This document shows positions 7,590 through 13,486 of a stretch of 13,486 bases of DNA, one piece after another. This stretch comes from an uncultured archaeon (GTDB lineage Archaea; Asgardarchaeota; Lokiarchaeia; Sigyniarchaeales; SOKP01). The translations under genes and the position numbers were made by a program. The DNA is taken from positions 1-13,486 of the forward strand of contig CAZGJX010000105.1 in assembly GCA_964525635.1 (NCBI GenBank), read 5' to 3'. Within the stretch, counting starts at the first letter, position 1, and each line of letters starts with the position of its first letter. The notes beneath the pieces were generated by a model. That model was not told the origin of the DNA. It saw only the letters and a list, made by a program, of their open reading frames with translations, and did no database searches.

Positions 7590-9668
7590 ATGAAACATAA
7601 AAATAACTTTTTAATATTATTAATTTTTTTTGGATTAACATTATTATTCCAAATTCAATTTATTTATTTTAATGTAAATAAACAACAAATACCTTATTTT
7701 ACTGATGTAATTAATACATCCACAATACCAACTATAACTTCTCCAGGAGATCTTGCTTTTGATGATAATGAAATAGGATATTCAATTACTTGGATTGCTA
7801 CAGATGTAGATCCAACTTACTATATCATTACCAGGGAAAATTCCTTAGGTATTATTAAGGAAATTGATGGTGGAACATGGATGTCTGATCAGGAAATAAC
7901 CATTAGTCTAGATGGTTTAGGAGCAGGGGGTTATGAATATAGCATAATAGTATATGATATGAGTGGTGAAAGTGCAACAGATACTGTATATGTAAAAGTT
8001 CGTTATACTGGTCCTCCTATTGTAACTGATCCAACTCAACCTCAAAAACCACATATACCAAAGATTTATCCTCCTTCAGATATATACTATGAAGAAGGTG
8101 AAATTGGAAATTATATTAATTGGATCGTTACAGATGATAATCCCACAGATTATATAATCCTTAAAGATGATGTTGAAATCGATAATGGAACATGGAGTTC
8201 ATCTACACCCATTACAATTAACATTGATGAATTATCTATAGGAACTTATATTTATACTCTTGTTGTATATGATGGTGATGACTTTTCTCCTACTGATTCT
8301 GTTAATGTTATTGTAGTTGCACCAAGTCTTCCAAGTATAAATTCTCCTGAAGATATTTCTTATAATGAGTGTGAAACTGGATATTCAATTACTTGGATTG
8401 CTACAGATGGAAATCCAGCATACTATATCATTACTAAAGATGACGTTGAGGTTGATAGTGGCACATGGAGATATGGTGAGGAAATAACCATTAATATTGA
8501 TGGTTTAATAGCCGGTATTTATGAATATACCATAATAGTATTTGATCAATTATATAATAGTGCTAATGACATAGTTATTGTTAATGTTGCTTCTCAACCT
8601 CCAAGCATAACTTCCCCTGAAGATATTAGTTTTGATTTTGGAGAAACAGGACATTCAATTACTTGGATCGCTACAGATCCAAATCCCACTTACTATATTA
8701 TTACCCGTGAACATGGTCTAGGTCCTATTGAATTCGATAGTGGAACATGGACATCAGGCCAAGAAATAACCATTAATTTAAATGGTTTACCATCGACTAA
8801 ACACACATTTACTATTGTTGTATATGATATTGATGGTGAAAAAGCTACAGATATAGTCTATGTAGCAGTTTATGATACTGATCCTGGGCCTCCTACTATT
8901 GAAGATCCTACTCAACCACAAAAACCATTTATAGGTAAACCTTCTCCTGCTGATATTTACTATGAAGAAGGTGAAACTGGGAACTATATTAATTGGTATG
9001 TTAAAGATAATAATCCTACAGATTATATTATTACTAAAGATGGTGTTGAAGTCGATAGTGGAGCATGGAGTTCGAATACTCCCATTACAATTGATGTTGA
9101 TGACTTATCTATAGGAACATACATTTATACTCTTGTTGTAAATGATGGGGATGGATATTCTCTTCCTGACTCTATTAATGTTATTGTTGTTGCACCAGGT
9201 CCTCCAAGTATAAATTCCCCTGAGGATATTTCTTATAATGAGTGTGAAACGGGAAATTTAATCACATGGATCGCTACAGATGGAAATCCAGCATACTATA
9301 TCATTACTAAAGATGACGTTGAGGTTGATAGTGGCACATGGAGATATGGTGAGGAAATAACCATTAATATCGATGGCTTAGTGGCAGGGATTTATGAGTT
9401 TGAAATAATAGTATATGATCAATTAGGAAATAGTATTATAGACATAGTCATAATTAATGTAATAGAGATAATTTATCAGAATGGTGATGTAAATCATGAT
9501 GGTAATGTTGATATAGTGGATGCATTATTGATTGCTCAGTATTATGTTGAGCTAAATCCATCAGGATTTTATAATGATGTTGCTGATGTGAATTATGATG
9601 GTTTAATTGATATTATAGATGCTCTTCTAGTTGCTCAAGCATATGTTGGATTAATTAATTTAACGTAA
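7590..9668 (+). CDS. Secreted or surface protein with six Ig-like repeats and a C-terminal dockerin domain
   Basis: N-terminal signal/TM segment. Six ~90-aa repeats (PxIxSPxDIxYxxxExGxxIxWxxTDxNPxxYIIxKD...GTW...ITINIDGL..G.Y.YT..VYD). Duplicated dockerin Ca-loops GDVNHDGNVDIVDALLIAQYYV and ADVNYDGLIDIIDALLVAQAYVG at about 9483-9650. Confidence 0.88.
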   Translation: MKHKNNFLILLIFFGLTLLFQIQFIYFNVNKQQIPYFTDVINTSTIPTITSPGDLAFDDNEIGYSITWIATDVDPTYYIITRENSLGIIKEIDGGTWMSDQEITISLDGLGAGGYEYSIIVYDMSGESATDTVYVKVRYTGPPIVTDPTQPQKPHIPKIYPPSDIYYEEGEIGNYINWIVTDDNPTDYIILKDDVEIDNGTWSSSTPITINIDELSIGTYIYTLVVYDGDDFSPTDSVNVIVVAPSLPSINSPEDISYNECETGYSITWIATDGNPAYYIITKDDVEVDSGTWRYGEEITINIDGLIAGIYEYTIIVFDQLYNSANDIVIVNVASQPPSITSPEDISFDFGETGHSITWIATDPNPTYYIITREHGLGPIEFDSGTWTSGQEITINLNGLPSTKHTFTIVVYDIDGEKATDIVYVAVYDTDPGPPTIEDPTQPQKPFIGKPSPADIYYEEGETGNYINWYVKDNNPTDYIITKDGVEVDSGAWSSNTPITIDVDDLSIGTYIYTLVVNDGDGYSLPDSINVIVVAPGPPSINSPEDISYNECETGNLITWIATDGNPAYYIITKDDVEVDSGTWRYGEEITINIDGLVAGIYEFEIIVYDQLGNSIIDIVIINVIEIIYQNGDVNHDGNVDIVDALLIAQYYVELNPSGFYNDVADVNYDGLIDIIDALLVAQAYVGLINLT
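7728..9473 (+). repeat. Intragenic tandem duplication of an ~873-nt three-domain block (ABC-ABC)
   Basis: Repeat starts at 7728/8601 and 8331/9204 are both 873 nt apart. Both blocks carry the DPTQPQKP linker. 8400..8497 is identical to 9273..9370. Confidence 0.85.
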
Positions 9669-9702
9669 TAATATAATAATAAAATTTTTCTAAAAAAAGA
9701 TG

Positions 9703-9722
9703 GTTTTTCTTTTTTTTCTTTA
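9703..9722 (+). terminator. Probable oligo-U terminator
   Basis: TTTTTCTTTTTTTTCTTT begins about 35 nt after the dockerin gene stop. Confidence 0.4.
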
Positions 9723-9989
9723 TATTTTAATACAACTATTTAAAAAAATCTATAGACATTATTTATTATTCCATATAATTGATATTGAACATAAAAATGT
9801 TTAGATAAATTAAAAATTATATAAAAAACTCAAGAAATATATATAGAAAGAAAATTATTAGCTACCTAAAATAGAATTGAATTAAAATTGTAATATTTTA
9901 TAGTAAACGCTTTTTAATTAATAATAATAACCATTAAAAAATAGGTCAATTAAGTTCATTAAGAACAAATCATATAAGTATATTTGAAA

Positions 9990-10598
9990 ATGGAAGAACA
10001 AACATCTGAAAATTTAGAAAAAGTACAGATAGAAGGAATTATTAAACAGGATAAAGTTTTAATCAATAATCCCGATGGTATTGAAGAATTTTATAATAAT
10101 TCCTATATTGGAAATCTAGAAGATAATAAAGATGGAACTCAAGTTTTAATATTAGAACCTATGGAAGTTCTTCTCTTATGTGAAAGGCGAAGGATTTTAT
10201 TATGGGAAGATAATGATAAAAAAAAGTCCCAATATGGATTTGAGGAATTACTTACATATTTCTCTCAATTTGATAATGAATTGTGGCAAAAATATGTGAT
10301 ATATATGGACTTAAGAAGAAGGGGATATATTGTTCGAACGGGATTTGGAGAAGGTATTGAATTTCGAGTTTTTAAGCGGGGTGCGGATGTTAATGAAGAT
10401 TCAGCAAAATTTCTAATATACCCCGTTTTTGAGGGAAATCCAATTGAATTGAGAGATTTAGATAAAATCTCTCGAGTAGCATTGAGTTCTCGAAAGGATC
10501 TAATAGTTGCTACTGTGGATAGATTGAGTAAACCTATTTATTATAGTGTAAAAAAGTTTGAAATATTAAACAAAGATATCAGTGGAGATAAAAGGTAA
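9990..10598 (+). CDS. endA: tRNA-intron endonuclease family protein, probably a non-catalytic (structural) subunit
   Basis: N-domain LILEPMEVLLL. C-domain KYVIYMDLRRRGYIVRTG...EFRVF...KFLIYPV...SRVALSSRKDLIVATVD...IYY. Catalytic Tyr and His positions appear substituted. ATG 9990 is preferred over TTG 9984. Confidence 0.88.
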   Translation: MEEQTSENLEKVQIEGIIKQDKVLINNPDGIEEFYNNSYIGNLEDNKDGTQVLILEPMEVLLLCERRRILLWEDNDKKKSQYGFEELLTYFSQFDNELWQKYVIYMDLRRRGYIVRTGFGEGIEFRVFKRGADVNEDSAKFLIYPVFEGNPIELRDLDKISRVALSSRKDLIVATVDRLSKPIYYSVKKFEILNKDISGDKR

Positions 10599-10721
10599 AT
10601 AGTATATCATTTAAAAAAATGAAAAACTCCATATTAAATAATAAATAGAGATAAAAATTTATTAGCTTGTTTTTTCTTGTTATCTTTATATTTAATCTAT
10701 ATTTGGAAATATGGTTTGAAA

Positions 10722-13486
10722 ATGTCTAATAATTTTTACAAAAAATGTAATAACCAACAAATTTTTAAAAGAATCTCAATATTGGGTTTGATAATGTTTG
10801 CATTCTTTTTACCTATTATTCTAAATGAAAGTGGTATTATTAATAGTAATTTAGATAAATTTGAAGGTGAAGAGGAAAGAAAAGTTTTAAAATCAGCCAA
10901 TGGAGTCTCAAATTTATTCGAAGGTAAATTAGATCCCTTAAAAATTACGGATTTTGGAAATTTATATAATAATAGTCAAGATATATCCTTAAATAATCAG
11001 GAAGAAATCGAACTAAAGTATTATTTAGATGATGACCATAATTGGACAGTTTCAAGAATAGAAAGCTCAGTAACAGATATTCAAGATACTCGAAATTGGA
11101 TAAATAATAGCGATTTATTATCTACAACTTCTTTTACGATATATCAAACGATTGAGAATCCAACAAAACCTTATAGTCTTGCAGAAGGATGGACAGGATT
11201 ACAGACTCTCTTTCATTCAGGTGCATTAGCCATTAGGGTTCATTTTGGTTATATAGATGTTGAAGAAGATGAGGATTATGTTCTGATTTCTAATAATAAT
11301 AGTGAAACACGTTTTTATGATACTGGTTATAAAACGGATTACTTTTCTCCTTGGATATATGGTGATGAATTAGATTTTGAAATTTGGAGTGATGGTGATG
11401 TTGAGAGAGGAAATGGCTATTCAATTAATTATTATCAAATATATAATGAAAGTTCAAATTTTTATATTAATAATCAAGATTGGGGATACATCAATGAGTC
11501 ATATTATAGAAGCGAATATGGTTCTGGTATCGTAGAAAACAATACGGCAATGTATCTTGAAATGTTCTCAACTCTATGGTGGGATGGTGTTGATTTTTAT
11601 TCTCAATATCCAAAAAATAATTATACAGAAATGTATCAAAACTTAACAATTCCTAGGGGTAATGTTATTGATGGATATATACAATTTGATTATTATCCTG
11701 AGTTCTGTATGGATTCTAATAGTCTCTATATTTATGTAGCAATAAATAGTAAAAAAATCTATTCTATTTATTTTGGAGATATTTTTACATCTGGTCTTAA
11801 TCAATGGCATTCAACTAATAAAATTAATATGAATCTCTGGGTTAATAATTCCAATATTTTTGATGGAAATATAAATGATGATATGATAAATATATCTATT
11901 GGATTGAAAAGTTCTAGTGGTTCGTATTATAGTGGTTATGAAAATGGTTTTCAGCAAATGATTTGGTTTGATAACATTAATTTAGTACTTACCACCATAG
12001 CAAATTCAACTCAAGATGGAATAAATCTTACCATTAATGGAGATCCATTTAATGATATTGATTGGGGAAGGGGAAACTTAAATCAAATAGGAGTTTGGGA
12101 TTCCTATCCTGTAATTCGGACAGTAAGTACAACATCACCAGACTTAAGATTTACACTAGATACGAAATTATATGGATATCATAACACAACTTCAAAAAGA
12201 AATCAGCAAAATAATGAAGGAATCTTATACAAAATTCTTAATGATGGAGCAATACTTTGGGAGTTTTTTCATAATTTTTATATGCCTCCATTCTATTCTG
12301 ATTTTGAATTTATAGTCCATAAACCATTGAATTGGGAGATCTTATCAATATTAGACCCAACCTTCATTTCAGTACCATTTGAGTGAGGGAATATAGGAGA
12401 TGATTATGTTAAAATTAATTCATCTGAAGCAAAATTCCTTGGATGGTGGAAGTGTGAAGCAACTTCTCCAAATTATATTGAAAAAATTAACACGCAAGTT
12501 GCAAGAAATGTAGAATGGGGTATTAATGAGCTTTTTACAGGAAATATTGGAAGAATAAAAACGCAGATCAATTATGCTGGTGAGATTCCACCTAACCTGG
12601 ATTCCACTATTGCTAATCTAACAATATATGATCCAGAAGGAGAAATTTGGTTCGAGGATACAGTAAATCCAAACAATAACGGGAGTGTAATTTTTTCTGA
12701 ATTTAGTATTTCATTGATCAATACCAATGCTGGAATTTATAACTATACAGTCTTATGGAATAATGGAACGGCCGTAGGGGGTATAAAATCTTCCTTTATA
12801 ATTATTCATCAAAGTTATATTACGCTTAATAAACCAAATGATGCACAGGATGATCTTATAACAAGTTGTAAATGGGGTGATCTAATTCCATTAAGAGTAT
12901 TTGTTAGAGATTTTGAAAATAATAATTCTATTTCAAATGCAATTATATCATATAATTGGAGTTCAGGTACAGAATTTATGACTGAATCCATTCTTGGATT
13001 ATATGATGCCGTTCTCGATACGGGTGAATTAGGCTCATTAGGAACATATAATATTGTAATCAGTATCAATAAAACAGAATATATCTCTAGTAATATTACA
13101 TTAATTATAAATTTGGAATGGGTGGACACAGTTTTGCAAAGATTGGAATCCAATTCTATAATTTATCTTAATCATAATAGTACGATAAAATTCCATTATT
13201 CAACAGATTTAGGTGGATTAAGTGAAGGCATTCCAGGAGCAACTGTAATAGCAAATTTTTCAGATTCAAATCAATATACAGTTTATGATCAACTTGATGG
13301 GTATTATATTATAGAATTTAGCACTAGTGATTTTGGTACAGTTGGTACATATATCTTAGAATTCTCTTTTTTAACTCCAGGTTATGAAGAACAATTACAT
13401 CTTTATCATTTTGAAATAAGAACACCTCCATCACCTGAAGGGATGGGGCCGATACTTATCATAGTTGTAATTGCTGCACTTGCAAT
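10722..13486 (+). CDS. Large membrane-anchored surface glycoprotein with a CUB-like domain; in-frame TGA at 12384-12386; runs off the window (pseudogene, recoded, or sequence error)
   Basis: N-terminal TM segment, CUB-like segment at ~11229-11442 (AIRVHF..IDVE...DYV...WSDGDV..NGYSI), and many N-x-S/T sequons. After the TGA the same frame stays open for all 366 remaining codons (GNIGDDYVKIN...PPSPEGMGPILIIVVIAALA), ending in the start of a TM helix. Confidence 0.75.

Noticed and set aside
12384-12386. Genome-wide TGA reassignment, or a BHB intron removing the TGA
   Set aside because: Only one internal TGA occurs among thousands of codons, TGG and GGA are used normally, and I found no BHB geometry around this site.
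12815-13153. 112-aa minus-strand ORF
   Set aside because: Antisense to the open continuation of the surface-protein frame.

Overview
AT-rich archaeal window whose gene content points to an Asgard (Lokiarchaeia-like) genome; this is inferred, not searched. In order it encodes a zinc-ribbon protein, SepCysS (pscS), a GT4 glycosyltransferase, a small membrane protein, a winged-helix/zinc-ribbon protein, a ubiquitin-like gene, a HycI-like protease, a secreted six-repeat Ig-like protein ending in a dockerin, a tRNA-splicing endonuclease subunit, and a large CUB-containing surface protein interrupted by one in-frame TGA. The main finding is that the ubiquitin-like gene (6204..6489) is split by a 31-nt insert (6386..6416) that folds into a bulge-helix-bulge (BHB) motif. 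Cutting at the standard archaeal endonuclease positions restores the frame and a ubiquitin-like C-terminus (...AGGY*). This suggests a tRNA-type intron in a protein-coding mRNA that controls production of a ubiquitin-like modifier. About 3.5 kb downstream is an EndA homologue lacking the catalytic Tyr and His, consistent with a structural subunit of a heteromeric splicing endonuclease.
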